From assembly GCA_051305945.1 (NCBI GenBank), contig JBPPMH010000100.1, forward strand, positions 782 to 64,781: DNA of 64,000 nt, written 5' to 3'. Within the stretch, counting starts at the first letter, position 1; every line of letters starts with the position of its first letter. A program made the position numbers and the translations under genes. Positions 40,803 through 50,476 of this stretch are shown here, piece by piece. This DNA comes from Gemmatimonadaceae bacterium (GTDB lineage: Bacteria > Gemmatimonadota > Gemmatimonadetes > Gemmatimonadales > Gemmatimonadaceae). Below the pieces are notes generated by a model. The model saw only the letters and a program-made list of their open reading frames with translations, was not told the origin of the DNA and searched no databases.

Positions 40803-42545
40803 CTATGGCCAGTTGAACACGCTCGCGGGCCGGCTGCGCTCACGAGCGTCACGCAGGTCGTTGGGTTCTTTCCAGAATATGCGGCCGAAATCGCGGACCG
40901 TGACGCGCAGCTCCGGGTGCCGCTTGCCGTCGGTGTTGATCGGAAAGGCGAGATCGAGCCGTGCCAGCAGCCGCGAGCGCGGCGGGGCCGCCGCGAGCAA
41001 TCCCACGCCCACGCTGTATCGCACCGGCGTGTCCACGCCAAAAGGCGAGTCTCCCGCCCAGATCTTGCCCGCGTCCGCGAACGCCGCGATACCGACCGTC
41101 GCGTACTGCTTGTACCGGCCCCAGACGTACTTGTCCTCGGTTCGAAGCACCATCCGGCGCGCGCCCCCCTCCTGCGAGCCGCGGTACGCGCGCAAACCTC
41201 CGTCGCGCGAAGCGAAAGTCAGCTGATACGGCACGCGCGATCTCCATCCGCCGCTCCACTCCAGACTCGTAGTCGCCGTGTGCCTGAGGAACGGGCGCAT
41301 GAACAGCGCGAACCGCCCGCTCGACGACACGCTGTTCCAGTTGTCCTCCTTCCCCGCGCGCCGCCCTTCGACGTTCAGCTCCAGTGCGCCGAACGCGGAC
41401 GGCGATCCCATGCCGGCGTACGCGCTGACCGACGCGAAGAAATCCTCGTCGCTCTTGGAGTCGAGGAAAGTGAATCCGCGTCCAAGCACGAACCCGAGCT
41501 GCAGGCCTCTGCGCACGTCCTGCCTGGCGTCGAGCGCGTCGAAACCCGTCACCTCCATGAACCTCAGCATGCGGACGCCGAGCAGCGCGTTCACTCTCGC
41601 CTGCCGCTGTTCCGTGTAACGCCCGATCAGCGCGCTGGACGTGTCGGCCACGAGCTCGCCCGCGACCAACCGGACCGGCTCTTCGCCGGGCATGATCCGT
41701 TCTCGCGTAAGCGAGCCTCCAGTAAGCAGGAACCGTCTGACAGGCCCCACGCGGACGATACCGCCGGCCTCCAAGTAATCCCGGTCCACGGCGATGTGCA
41801 CGGGATCGGCGCCCGGACGCCGGAAGCGCGTGTAAGTGTCCAGCTCGCCCGCCCCCACTCGCCAGGCTATGCGCTGCAGGTCCGTGAGGAAGGGATGGCT
41901 CGCGTCCAACAACCACTCCGTACCGAGATGCTTGCGTCCGGCCTCCGCCGAGAGCTGATACGGGCGCCCGAAGAACTGGTAATCCGTGATGCGAACGTCG
42001 AACGCGTCGCGAAACTCGCGGCCGTCCTCCCATCTCACCTCGCCCTGCAGGCCGGCGCCGAAGAAGTTCCGGTTGCCAAGCTTCACGGAGCGGAAGTACG
42101 GCGAGGCCGAAGAGATGGATCCGCCCACGATCAGCGAGATTTCGTCCACCGTCGTGACGCTCAGCACGACTCCGCCCTGGCCATCGCTCAGAGCGACGAC
42201 GGTCGCTTCGGAGATGAACGGCTGGGCGCGCAGGATGCGCTCCGACTCCGCGCGGCGCAGCTCGTCGCACCGGTCGCCCAACCCGAGCGCGAGATACCTC
42301 AGGACCGTCTCGGCGCGGGTGGTCGTATGCAGCTTGCTCGCCGCCCGCCCGGTGCGCCCGATGATCGTGCCTTCGCCCTTGGGAAAGGGCGGCCGGGTGT
42401 CGATTTCCGTCGCCGTGATGACCTGCCCCGAGCACGGAACGGCCCCGCGCTGCGGTGCCTGCGCAAGCACGGCAGCCGGAAAGGCGGCCGCGAGGCAGCA
42501 GGCGACGGCTGACAACCACGGGGGTCGCGCGAAGTGAACGCTCAT
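40803..42545 (-). CDS. Outer-membrane protein with a POTRA-like N-terminus and a beta-barrel (BamA/ShlB-type)
   Basis: I chose the start at MSVHFARPPWLSAVACCLAAAFPAAVLAQA (42545). It has the POTRA-like ...TRAETVLRYLALGLGDRCDELRRAESERILRAQPFISEATV... and a C-terminal barrel ending in ...SVFNWP. Confidence 0.55.
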   Translation of the reverse strand: MSVHFARPPWLSAVACCLAAAFPAAVLAQAPQRGAVPCSGQVITATEIDTRPPFPKGEGTIIGRTGRAASKLHTTTRAETVLRYLALGLGDRCDELRRAESERILRAQPFISEATVVALSDGQGGVVLSVTTVDEISLIVGGSISSASPYFRSVKLGNRNFFGAGLQGEVRWEDGREFRDAFDVRITDYQFFGRPYQLSAEAGRKHLGTEWLLDASHPFLTDLQRIAWRVGAGELDTYTRFRRPGADPVHIAVDRDYLEAGGIVRVGPVRRFLLTGGSLTRERIMPGEEPVRLVAGELVADTSSALIGRYTEQRQARVNALLGVRMLRFMEVTGFDALDARQDVRRGLQLGFVLGRGFTFLDSKSDEDFFASVSAYAGMGSPSAFGALELNVEGRRAGKEDNWNSVSSSGRFALFMRPFLRHTATTSLEWSGGWRSRVPYQLTFASRDGGLRAYRGSQEGGARRMVLRTEDKYVWGRYKQYATVGIAAFADAGKIWAGDSPFGVDTPVRYSVGVGLLAAAPPRSRLLARLDLAFPINTDGKRHPELRVTVRDFGRIFWKEPNDLRDARERSRPASVFNWP

Positions 42546-42619
42546 GGATACGATATAGGGGCCTGGCGCGACCACGGACAGGGCCGGGCCGGCCGATCGG
42601 TTACGCGCGCGGTCACACA

Positions 42620-43372
42620 ATGGTACTCAGGGAGAAGCACTTGTACACAAGCCCGGTCGTCGCGATCACGGCATCCATCCAGGAAGAGAAACAGCCTCGC
42701 CGCGTTCGGTTGAACGCCGCGTATCTCACCGCCGTGGAGAACGCAGGGCTCGTACCACTCTTGGTTCCGCCCCTGGCGGACCCGCACGCAGCCGACCGGA
42801 TCCTCGCGGGCGTGGACGGGCTGGTGCTCACCGGCGGAGAAGACGTCGCTCCCGAATACTTCGGCGAAAAGCGGCATCCCGGGCTCGGCACGGTCAATCA
42901 GGTGCGGGACGCGACGGAGATCGCGCTCATCTCCGCGGCGCGGCGGCTGCGCCTGCCGCTGCTGGCCATCTGCCGGGGGATACAGGTGCTCAACGTCGAA
43001 TGTGGGGGCAGCCTGATCCAGGACATCCGGGCACAGCGCCCGGACGCCCTCGAGCACGACGGCCATGCCGGCGGTCGGGATGAAGCGCTCCACGCCGTCG
43101 AGATCGAGAAGGGTTCCATCCTCGCTCTCGCGACGGGCGCCACCCGCCTCGACGTGAACTCGCTCCACCATCAAGCCGTCGACCGGTTGGGCGACGGGCT
43201 GCGCGTGACCGCGACCGCCCCGGACGGGATCATCGAAGGCGTGGAGAGCACGGACGACTGGTGGGTGCTTGCCGTGCAGTGGCATCCGGAAGAGATGGAC
43301 CGCGGCGCGGAGCCTGGGGCGGAGCCGGGACCGCTGTTCAAGGCGTTCGCCGAGGTGGTACGGGCGGTGTAG
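42620..43372 (+). CDS. Class-I glutamine amidotransferase / gamma-glutamyl hydrolase family (peptidase C26, PuuD-like)
   Basis: I chose the ATG at 42620. It has GLVLTGGEDV, the nucleophile elbow LAICRGIQVLN, HHQAV, and the QWHPE C-terminal motif. Confidence 0.8.
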   Translation: MVLREKHLYTSPVVAITASIQEEKQPRRVRLNAAYLTAVENAGLVPLLVPPLADPHAADRILAGVDGLVLTGGEDVAPEYFGEKRHPGLGTVNQVRDATEIALISAARRLRLPLLAICRGIQVLNVECGGSLIQDIRAQRPDALEHDGHAGGRDEALHAVEIEKGSILALATGATRLDVNSLHHQAVDRLGDGLRVTATAPDGIIEGVESTDDWWVLAVQWHPEEMDRGAEPGAEPGPLFKAFAEVVRAV

Positions 43373-43375
43373 CCA

Positions 43376-44475
43376 TCAGGCGTGCTCCAGCACGCGCCGG
43401 TACACCTGGATCGTCAGGTCCGCGGTGCGCTCGACCGAAAAATCCCCGGCGCGATTTCGCGCCCCTGCCGCGAGACCCCCCGCGAGCGACGAATCCTCGA
43501 GTATCGAGGCGATGTCCGACCCGAGCTTCCCGGCGTCGCCCACCGGACTCAGCAACCCGGACACGCCCTGCTGCACCGTCTCGGGAATCCCGCCGCCTGC
43601 CGTTGCCGCGATCGGCTTGCCCATGGACATGGCGTCGAGGATCACCGTGCCGAGTCCCTCTTCCCTCGAGCTCAACGTCACGACGTCGGCCGCCGCGAGC
43701 AGCGAGTCGGCGTCGGTGCGGTAGCCCGTGACCCGGAGCACGTCGGTCAATCGTAGCCGCGCCACCTCCGCTTCCACGACGGGGCGAAGCGGCCCGTCCC
43801 CGACCAGCAGCGCTCGCACGTCCGGAATTCGTTGTCGGACTTCCGCGACCGCCCGCACGAAGGTGAGCGGGTCCTTGTGACCGACGAGCTGCGCGACCTG
43901 GACGACCAGCGGGTGGCCGGCCGGCACGCCGAGCTGCGCGAGCGTCTCCGGCGTAGCCGGCGAGAACACTCGCGTGAGATCTATTCCGCTCGGCACTAGC
44001 TCGACGCGATCCCCGGGGATTCCGCTGGCGACAAGCGCGCTCGCGACGGCCCGGGAGATCGCGATGATGGCGGCAGCCCGCCCGTATATCCAACGCGATC
44101 CAGGGTTCGATCGCAGCCTGAATCAACTCTGCGCGTAACGACCGTCTTCGCGTCGGTTCCGATCGTAGCCAGAGCGGCGAGGGCGACAGCGTGCCCGGTA
44201 TGCGCGTGCACGATCTGCACGCGTCGGCGCCGGATGACCGCGCGCAGCTCCAACACCGCGACAGGGTCGAACTCGAATCCCGGCGCGCACGGCACCACTG
44301 TCAGTCCCGCTTGCGCCGCGCGCTGCGCGAACGGCTCGCCCGGGCGCGCGGCCACCATGGAGACGTGTCCGCGGTCCGCGAGCGACCGGGCCAGCCACAG
44401 CGCCTGCCGCTCGCCGCCACGCCAGCCACGCTCCGTATCGAGGTGAAGAACGACGAGTCTCGAAGGATCAGTCAT
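43376..44475 (-). pseudogene. GT4-family glycosyltransferase interrupted by a -1 frameshift (or a sequencing error)
   Basis: The N-terminal frame reads ...KTVVTRRVD and then becomes nonsense to a stop at 43996. The adjacent frame reads FRLRSNPGSRWIYGRAAAIIAISRAVASALVASGIPGDRVELVPSGIDL... and continues into ORF 43376..43996 (EEGLGTVILDAMSMGKP). The shift is at GAT-TCAGG, plus-strand 44117-44127. Confidence 0.75.
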
Positions 44476-44536
44476 TGCAGGCGGCGTGAGGAACGGCCCG
44501 GCTGTTGCCGGCAGGGAGCTTCGGCGTCCTACAAGG

Positions 44537-44580
44537 GTACATCAAGTAGCTCATCGGACTATTTTCCGCGTACATCAAGT
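44537..44580. promoter_or_regulatory. Two exact 11-nt direct repeats GTACATCAAGT, 33 nt apart, in the divergent GT4/GT2 intergenic region
   Basis: The copies are at 44537-44547 and 44570-44580. The second ends 23 nt before the GT2 GTG start at 44604. Confidence 0.35.
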
Positions 44581-44603
44581 TTACTCCGGAGTCCCGCCAG
44601 GCC

Positions 44604-45368
44604 GTGATATACATCTGCATTCCGACTTACAACGAAGCACCGACCGTCGGAGTCCTGCTCTGGCGGATAAGGTCGGTATTCCAGGAGTATTCCCGGGAGT
44701 ACGAGATCGTCGTGTATGACGACGCCAGCACCGACTCCACCGCGGAGACGCTGGAGCCGTACAGGGAAGTCCTGCCATTGTCCGTCATCGGCGGAAAGAC
44801 CCGGACGGGCTATGCCGGGGCCCTCGAAGCTTGCTTCCGCGAGGTGGTGCGCCGGACGCGGTACCCTAGGCGCGACGCGATCATCGTGATGCAGGCCGAC
44901 TTCACCGACGTGCCCGAGCAGCTCCCCGAGCTCGTGCGGCGCTTCGAGGGTGGCGCGGACGTGGTCGTGGCGGACCGCACGGCGTCGCCGGGGCTGCCGA
45001 AGCCGGTTCGCAGGCTCAAGCTGCTGCAGTCGCTGCTGGGGAAGCGGTTCACCGGGCTGACCGGCGTGAGCGACCCCTTCAGCGGATTCCGGCTGTATCG
45101 CGTCTCGGTGATCAAGGACCTGCTCGCGGCGCGAGGCAGTGCGGGACTCGTCTCGCCTCCGGGAGTGGGCGCCAATCTCCAGCTTCTGCTGGCGGCGTCG
45201 CGCGTCGCGCGCCGCGTCGAGAGCGTTCCGCTTCCGGCGAGCTACGACGTGCGCATGCGCGAGAGCAGGGTGCAGCCGTTCAGCGATGCAGTCGAGCTGT
45301 ACAAGTTCGCCCTGGCCAACTGGAAAGCGCCTGTCGCGCAAGCGTCCCCTGCCAGGAGCGCCCGATGA
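44604..45368 (+). CDS. GT2-family glycosyltransferase (polyprenyl-phosphate sugar synthase-like)
   Basis: It reads IYICIPTYNEAPTVGVLL...YEIVVYDDASTDSTAE...MQADFTD. The start is a GTG. Confidence 0.85.
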   Translation: MIYICIPTYNEAPTVGVLLWRIRSVFQEYSREYEIVVYDDASTDSTAETLEPYREVLPLSVIGGKTRTGYAGALEACFREVVRRTRYPRRDAIIVMQADFTDVPEQLPELVRRFEGGADVVVADRTASPGLPKPVRRLKLLQSLLGKRFTGLTGVSDPFSGFRLYRVSVIKDLLAARGSAGLVSPPGVGANLQLLLAASRVARRVESVPLPASYDVRMRESRVQPFSDAVELYKFALANWKAPVAQASPARSAR

Positions 45369-46093
45369 TCGCCGCCGTGGCGCTCGCGATCCTCACCGGA
45401 ATCGGCTCGGCCGTAGCACCGCCGGCTGTGGACCACCCGTTCGGCGTCGGCGAGAAGCTGGTGTTCGACGTGCGATTCGGTCCTGTCAAGGTCGGAACCA
45501 GCACGATGGAAGTGCGTGAGATCAGTCACATCCGCGGCCGCGCCGCGTACAAGACTTACTTCCGCGTGCAGGGCGGGACCTTCTTCTACAAGGTGGACGA
45601 CATTCTCCAGAGCTGGATAGACACGGAAACGCTGTCTTCCCTGCGCTTTGTGCAGCACCTGCAGGAAGGGTCGCGCGACCGGGAGCGGCACTTCGAGATC
45701 TACCCTGACCGCTCCGTCTACGTGGAAGTCACCAAGAGCCCGACGGAGCACCCGTCGGTGTCGAATCCGCTGGACGACGCATCCTTTCTGTATTTCATCC
45801 GGACCATTCCACTCGAGGTCGGGCAGAGCTACGAGTTCAACCGCTACTTCAGGCCCGATCGCAATCCGGTACGGGTCCGCGTGCTGCGACGCGAGCGGAT
45901 AGTCGTGCCAGCGGGGACGTTCAACGCCATCGTTGTGCGGCCGACGATCAAGACCAAGGGAATCTTCGCGGAGGGCGGCGAAGCTGAGCTGTGGCTGTCC
46001 GACGATGACCGCCGGATGATGCTTCAGCTGAAGACCAAGGTGGCGTTCGGATCGCTGAACCTGTACCTGCGGTCGTTTACACCGGGCAGCTAG
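45365..46093 (+). CDS. DUF3108-like protein
   Basis: It has a signal-like N-terminus and the pattern GEKLVFDVRFGPVKVGTSTMEV. There is an ATGA overlap with the GT2 gene. The family call is from memory. Confidence 0.55.
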   Translation: MIAAVALAILTGIGSAVAPPAVDHPFGVGEKLVFDVRFGPVKVGTSTMEVREISHIRGRAAYKTYFRVQGGTFFYKVDDILQSWIDTETLSSLRFVQHLQEGSRDRERHFEIYPDRSVYVEVTKSPTEHPSVSNPLDDASFLYFIRTIPLEVGQSYEFNRYFRPDRNPVRVRVLRRERIVVPAGTFNAIVVRPTIKTKGIFAEGGEAELWLSDDDRRMMLQLKTKVAFGSLNLYLRSFTPGS

Positions 46094-46096
46094 CAG

Positions 46097-46123
46097 TGAC
46101 TAGCGACTAGTCACTAGTCACCG
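46097..46123. repeat. Heptamer tandem repeat GTGACTA GCGACTA GTCACTA GTCACC
   Basis: Read directly. It starts 4 nt after the stop of the DUF3108-like gene and lies between convergent genes. Confidence 0.9.
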
Positions 46124-46127
46124 TATT

Positions 46128-46361
46128 TCAATATGTGCTGACCCGAGTATCCGACCACCGCTCGCGCAGGCGCCGCGCTGTTCCCGGGCTGACCACACGG
46201 ATCGCGAGATAAGCGATCGCTCCGACGACGGCTATCTTGACCGCCATCACGACCAGCCAGATGGCGATACCCAGCAACCCGCCGAAGATCTTGAACACCA
46301 GACCGAGCGCGAACAGCCCCAGCATGGCGAATAGGCCGGTCATCAGAATTGTGCGGATCAT
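46128..46361 (-). CDS. Small two-to-three-TM membrane protein
   Basis: It reads MIRTILMTGLFAMLGLFALGLVFKIFGGLLGIAIWLVVMAVKIAVVGAIAYLAI.... A GGAGA sits about 8 nt upstream of the ATG. Confidence 0.55.
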   Translation of the reverse strand: MIRTILMTGLFAMLGLFALGLVFKIFGGLLGIAIWLVVMAVKIAVVGAIAYLAIRVVSPGTARRLRERWSDTRVSTY

Positions 46362-46376
46362 GTGAATCTCCAGAGA

Positions 46377-46410
46377 GCTGTTGGCTATTGGCTATTAGCT
46401 GTTGGCTAAT
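46377..46410. repeat. Heptamer tandem repeat CTGTTGG CTATTGG CTATTAG CTGTTGG CTAATC (reverse complement of the CCAACAG type)
   Basis: Read directly. It lies between the divergent small membrane gene and the thiO-like gene. Confidence 0.9.
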
Positions 46411-46448
46411 CAAATCCTTTAGCTCGTCACAGTAAATACGAACCCCGA

Positions 46449-47525
46449 TTGCCAGTGTTTCACTCCGCAGACGTCGCCATCGCCGGCGGCGGGCTCATCG
46501 GCAGGGCCTGCGCGGCCGCGCTGGTCGAGCGCGGAGCCCGGGTGCTCCTCCTCGAGCACGCGAGCATCGGCGAAGCGTCCGTGGCGTCCGCGGGGATGCT
46601 CGCTCCGTCAGTAGAGCGGGCGGACGCCGCCGCGAACAAGCTCGCGCTGGCCGCGCGAGACCGGTATCCGACGTACCTCGAGTGGCTGCGCGAGCGGTCG
46701 GGCATCGAGGTCCCGCTCAACCGCCTCGGCATTCTTCAGGTCGCGCTGTCCGCGGCGGGAGTGAAAGGGCTGCGGAAGTCCGCCAATCCGGAGTCGCAAT
46801 GGCTCGACCGCGCCGAGCTCACCGCCCTCGAGCCCGCGCTGGCTCACGCCTTAGGCGCGTTGTACTCGGCAAGCGACGGCTGCGTGGACAACGTCGCACT
46901 GCTTTCCGCATTGGACGCGATGCTATCGCGAAATCCGCTCGTGAATCGCGACTCCGCACGCGTCACCGGCGTTATTTCCACGGCGGAATCGGTCGCTGTG
47001 ACCACCGCGGATGGTACCCGCTACTCCGCAAGCCACGCTCTGATCGCAGCGGGCGCATGGTCCGCGCAGATCGAGGGCGCGCGACTCGCCGCGGTCGTCG
47101 AGCCGATGCGGGGGCAGCTCGTATCCTTCGCGGCCGCGCCCTGCCGGCACACTCTATATGGGCCACGCGGATACCTCGTCCCGCGCGGAAGCTCTACCAT
47201 CGCCGGCGCGACTTCGGAGCGAGTGGGCTTCACGCCCGGGACGACCGCTCAGGGCACCGCGCGGTTGCGTTCGGCAGCCGGGGAGATCTGCCCGGTGCTG
47301 GCGTCGGCGGCTCCGGCCGCCGCGTGGTCCGGCTTCCGACCGATGACTCCCGACATGCTTCCGCTCATCGGCCCGGACCCCGAGGCGCCCAGGATCCTGT
47401 ACGCCACGGGCCATTCCCGGAACGGCATTCTGCTCGCCCCACTGACCGCCGACATAGTGGCGAATCTGCTTTTTGAGGACGTCCTAAATTTGAATGTCGA
47501 ACGATACCGTCCGGACAGGTTCTAG
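46449..47525 (+). CDS. FAD-dependent oxidoreductase, glycine oxidase (ThiO)-like
   Basis: It has the dinucleotide fold DVAIAGGGLIGRACAAALVERGARVLLLE and DAO-family length, with ...GHSRNGILLAP near the C-terminus. Confidence 0.7.
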   Translation: MPVFHSADVAIAGGGLIGRACAAALVERGARVLLLEHASIGEASVASAGMLAPSVERADAAANKLALAARDRYPTYLEWLRERSGIEVPLNRLGILQVALSAAGVKGLRKSANPESQWLDRAELTALEPALAHALGALYSASDGCVDNVALLSALDAMLSRNPLVNRDSARVTGVISTAESVAVTTADGTRYSASHALIAAGAWSAQIEGARLAAVVEPMRGQLVSFAAAPCRHTLYGPRGYLVPRGSSTIAGATSERVGFTPGTTAQGTARLRSAAGEICPVLASAAPAAAWSGFRPMTPDMLPLIGPDPEAPRILYATGHSRNGILLAPLTADIVANLLFEDVLNLNVERYRPDRF

Positions 47526-48486
47526 GGTACATTCAGAAAATCCAGTGCCGCCTTCCGACCCCGGGGACGCAGCTTTGAATCAACCGCTCTACCAGATTCT
47601 GGGACGCCATAAATCGGAAGCGCTGCCCGACCGGAAGCCCTCGTGGCTGAAGGTTCGCGCCCCGGGTGGAGGTAATTACCTGAAGCTCCGGCAGATGATG
47701 CGGGAGCTCGACCTGCACAGCGTCTGCGAGGAGGCGCGCTGCCCCAACGTGGGCGAGTGCTGGGAGCACGGCGCCGCCACGTTCATGATCCTCGGCGACA
47801 CGTGCACGCGAAACTGCGCGTACTGCGCGGTGAAGCACGGCCGCCCGCCGGCGTACGACGTCGCGGAGCCCGCGCGCGTGGCGGAAGCGATCGCGCGCAT
47901 GGATCTCCGGCACGCCGTGATCACCTCGGTGGACCGCGACGATCTCCCCGACTTCGGCGCGTATATCTTCGCCGAGACTATCCGCCAGATTCACGACCGT
48001 CTGCCCGGCTGTTCCGTGGAAGTTCTCGTGCCCGACTTTCAGGGCAGCGAGACGAGCATCCGCATGGTGCTCGATGCCGGTCCGGAGATCTACAATCACA
48101 ACACCGAGACGGTGCCGCGGCTGTACAAGCGCTGCCGCCCGGGCGGGCGCTACGAGCGCGTGCTGAACATCTTCCGGATAGCGAAGGAAATCGCGCCCCA
48201 CATCCCGACGAAGACCGGAATCATTCTCGGCATGGGCGAGACGATCGAGGAAGTGAAGCAGACGATGGCCGAGCTGCGCCAGGTGGACGTGGACATCCTG
48301 ACGCTCGGGCAGTACCTGCGCCCGTCGAGCTCGCACATCCCGCTCGACCGGTACGTAAAGCCGGAAGAGTTCCGCGACCTGTACGAAACGGGCATGGCGA
48401 TAGGCTTCCGTCACGTGGAGTCGGGCCCGCTCGTGCGCTCGAGCTACCACGCGTGGGAGCAGGTGCAATCGGCGGGCGTGGCGTAA
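47494..48486 (+). CDS. lipA: Lipoyl synthase
   Basis: It has the auxiliary cluster CEEARCPNVGEC and the radical-SAM CTRNCAYC. The ATG at 47494 overlaps the thiO-like 3' end by 32 nt. Confidence 0.95.
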   Translation: MSNDTVRTGSRVHSENPVPPSDPGDAALNQPLYQILGRHKSEALPDRKPSWLKVRAPGGGNYLKLRQMMRELDLHSVCEEARCPNVGECWEHGAATFMILGDTCTRNCAYCAVKHGRPPAYDVAEPARVAEAIARMDLRHAVITSVDRDDLPDFGAYIFAETIRQIHDRLPGCSVEVLVPDFQGSETSIRMVLDAGPEIYNHNTETVPRLYKRCRPGGRYERVLNIFRIAKEIAPHIPTKTGIILGMGETIEEVKQTMAELRQVDVDILTLGQYLRPSSSHIPLDRYVKPEEFRDLYETGMAIGFRHVESGPLVRSSYHAWEQVQSAGVA

Positions 48487-49484
48487 TGGCAAAGAAGCTG
48501 GGCAAAACCAGCAGCTCGAAGGGTGACGCGGAGCTCAACCGCGCATTCCTCCGCTCCATGCTGCTGCAGCGGCGGTTCGAGGAGCGCTCCGCGGAGGCGT
48601 ACGCGCTCGGCAAGATCGGCGGCTTCTGCCACTTGTACATCGGGCAGGAGGCTATCAGCACTGGTGCGCTCTCCGTGATTCGACCCGACGACTACGTGGT
48701 GACCGCGTACCGGGATCACGGCCAGGCGCTCGCGCGCGGAATGACTCCACGCTCGGTCATGGCGGAGCTGTTCGGGCGGCGCGACGGCTGCTCCGGCGGC
48801 AAGGGCGGCTCCATGCACCTGTTCGACGCCAAGATCAACTTCCTCGGGGGGCACGGCATCGTGGGCGGCCACATTCCGCTCGCCGCCGGCGTCGCCTTCG
48901 CGATCAAGTACCGCGGCGGCGACCAGGTCTGCCTGTGCTTTTTCGGCGAGGCCGCCGTCAACATCGGCGCGTTTCACGAGGCGCTGAACATGGCCGGACT
49001 GTGGAAGGTGCCGGCCGTGTTCATCATCGAGAACAACCGCTACGGGATGGGGACGGCGGTATCGCGGGCCATGGCGAACGAGGACGTGGCCGCGCGCGCG
49101 GCGACGTACAGCATGCCTTCGGAGTCCATCGACGGGCAGGACGTATTCGCGGTGCGCGACGCCGTGTCGCGCGCGGTCGAGCGCGCGCGGTCGGAGAAGA
49201 CTCCCACTCTCCTGGAGATGCGTACGTATCGCTTCATGGGCCATTCGATGTCGGATGCGGTCAGCGGCACGTACCGGACGAAGGCCGAACTCGAGGAGGA
49301 GATGCGACGCGACCCGATCATCCTGCTGCACAACCGCATGACGGAGGCGGGAGAGATCGACGACGACGCCTACGCCAAGCTGGACGAGGAGATCAAGGCC
49401 GAAGTCCAGGACGCCTGGGACTTCGCCGACGCAAGCCCGGAACCGGATCTCGAAGAGCTGTACGCGCACTTGCTGGTGGAGTAA
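48486..49484 (+). CDS. pdhA: Pyruvate (2-oxoacid) dehydrogenase E1 alpha subunit
   Basis: I chose the ATG at 48486 (TAATG overlap with lipA). It reads ...LLQRRFEERSAEAYALGKIGGFCHLYIGQEA... and has the TPP motif GGKGGSMH. Confidence 0.9.
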   Translation: MAKKLGKTSSSKGDAELNRAFLRSMLLQRRFEERSAEAYALGKIGGFCHLYIGQEAISTGALSVIRPDDYVVTAYRDHGQALARGMTPRSVMAELFGRRDGCSGGKGGSMHLFDAKINFLGGHGIVGGHIPLAAGVAFAIKYRGGDQVCLCFFGEAAVNIGAFHEALNMAGLWKVPAVFIIENNRYGMGTAVSRAMANEDVAARAATYSMPSESIDGQDVFAVRDAVSRAVERARSEKTPTLLEMRTYRFMGHSMSDAVSGTYRTKAELEEEMRRDPIILLHNRMTEAGEIDDDAYAKLDEEIKAEVQDAWDFADASPEPDLEELYAHLLVE

Positions 49485-49486
49485 CC

Positions 49487-50470
49487 ATGGCCATCGTGAC
49501 GTACAGAGATGCGCTCAACCAGGCGCTCCGCGAGGAGATGCAGCACGACGACCGCGTCTTCCTGATGGGCGAGGAGGTTGGCGAGTACAATGGCGCGTAC
49601 AAGGTCTCGCGCGGACTGCTGGACGAGTTCGGCCCGATGCGCGTGGTGGACACGCCCATCGCGGAGCTGGGATTCGCCGGCATCGGCGTGGGCGCAGCGA
49701 TGGTCGGCTTGCGGCCGGTCATCGAGTTCATGACGTGGAACTTCGCGCTGCTCGCTATCGACCAGGTGGTGAACGCCGCGGCCAAGATGCTGTACATGTC
49801 CAACGGGCAGTTCCCCATGCCGATGGTGTTCCGCGGTCCGAACGGGGCTGCGCTGCAACTTTCCGCGCAGCATTCCCAGGCCTGGGAGAGCTGGCTCGCC
49901 CACATCCCCGGCCTCAAGGTCGTGACACCCGCGACGCCGTACGACGCGAAGGGCCTGCTGAAGAGCGCGATCAGGGACGACAACCCCGTGGTCTTCCTCG
50001 AAGGCGAGATGCTGTACAACACCAAGGGCGAGGTCCCCGAGGGTGAGGAGATTCTCATTCCGCTCGGCAAGGCCGAGCGCAAGCGCGAGGGCGAGCACTG
50101 CTCGATCATAGCGCACGGCAAGACCGTGCTCATCGCCATCCAGGTGGCCGACGCGCTCGCCAAGGAAGGAATCACCATCGACGTCATCGATCTCCGCACG
50201 GTGCGTCCCATGGACGTGGACGCGATCACCGAGTCCGTGAAGAAGACCAATCGGGCGGTCGTCGTAGAGGAAGGGTGGGAGCTGTGCGGTGTCGGCGCGC
50301 AGGTGGTGGATTACATCCAGCGCGAGTGCTTCGATTTTCTCGACGCCCCGGTGTTGCGGGTGCACCAGGCCGACACGCCGATGCCGTACGCCAAGAACCT
50401 GGAGCGCGCGGCCAAGCCCGACGCGCAGAAAGTGACCGCCGCCGTGCGCAAAGTCCTGTACCTCGAGTGA
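49487..50470 (+). CDS. pdhB: Pyruvate (2-oxoacid) dehydrogenase E1 beta subunit
   Basis: I chose the ATG at 49487. It reads MAIVTYRDALNQALREEM..DDRVFLMGEEVGEYNGAYKVS.GL. Confidence 0.9.
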   Translation: MAIVTYRDALNQALREEMQHDDRVFLMGEEVGEYNGAYKVSRGLLDEFGPMRVVDTPIAELGFAGIGVGAAMVGLRPVIEFMTWNFALLAIDQVVNAAAKMLYMSNGQFPMPMVFRGPNGAALQLSAQHSQAWESWLAHIPGLKVVTPATPYDAKGLLKSAIRDDNPVVFLEGEMLYNTKGEVPEGEEILIPLGKAERKREGEHCSIIAHGKTVLIAIQVADALAKEGITIDVIDLRTVRPMDVDAITESVKKTNRAVVVEEGWELCGVGAQVVDYIQRECFDFLDAPVLRVHQADTPMPYAKNLERAAKPDAQKVTAAVRKVLYLE

Positions 50471-50476
50471 TCGCCA

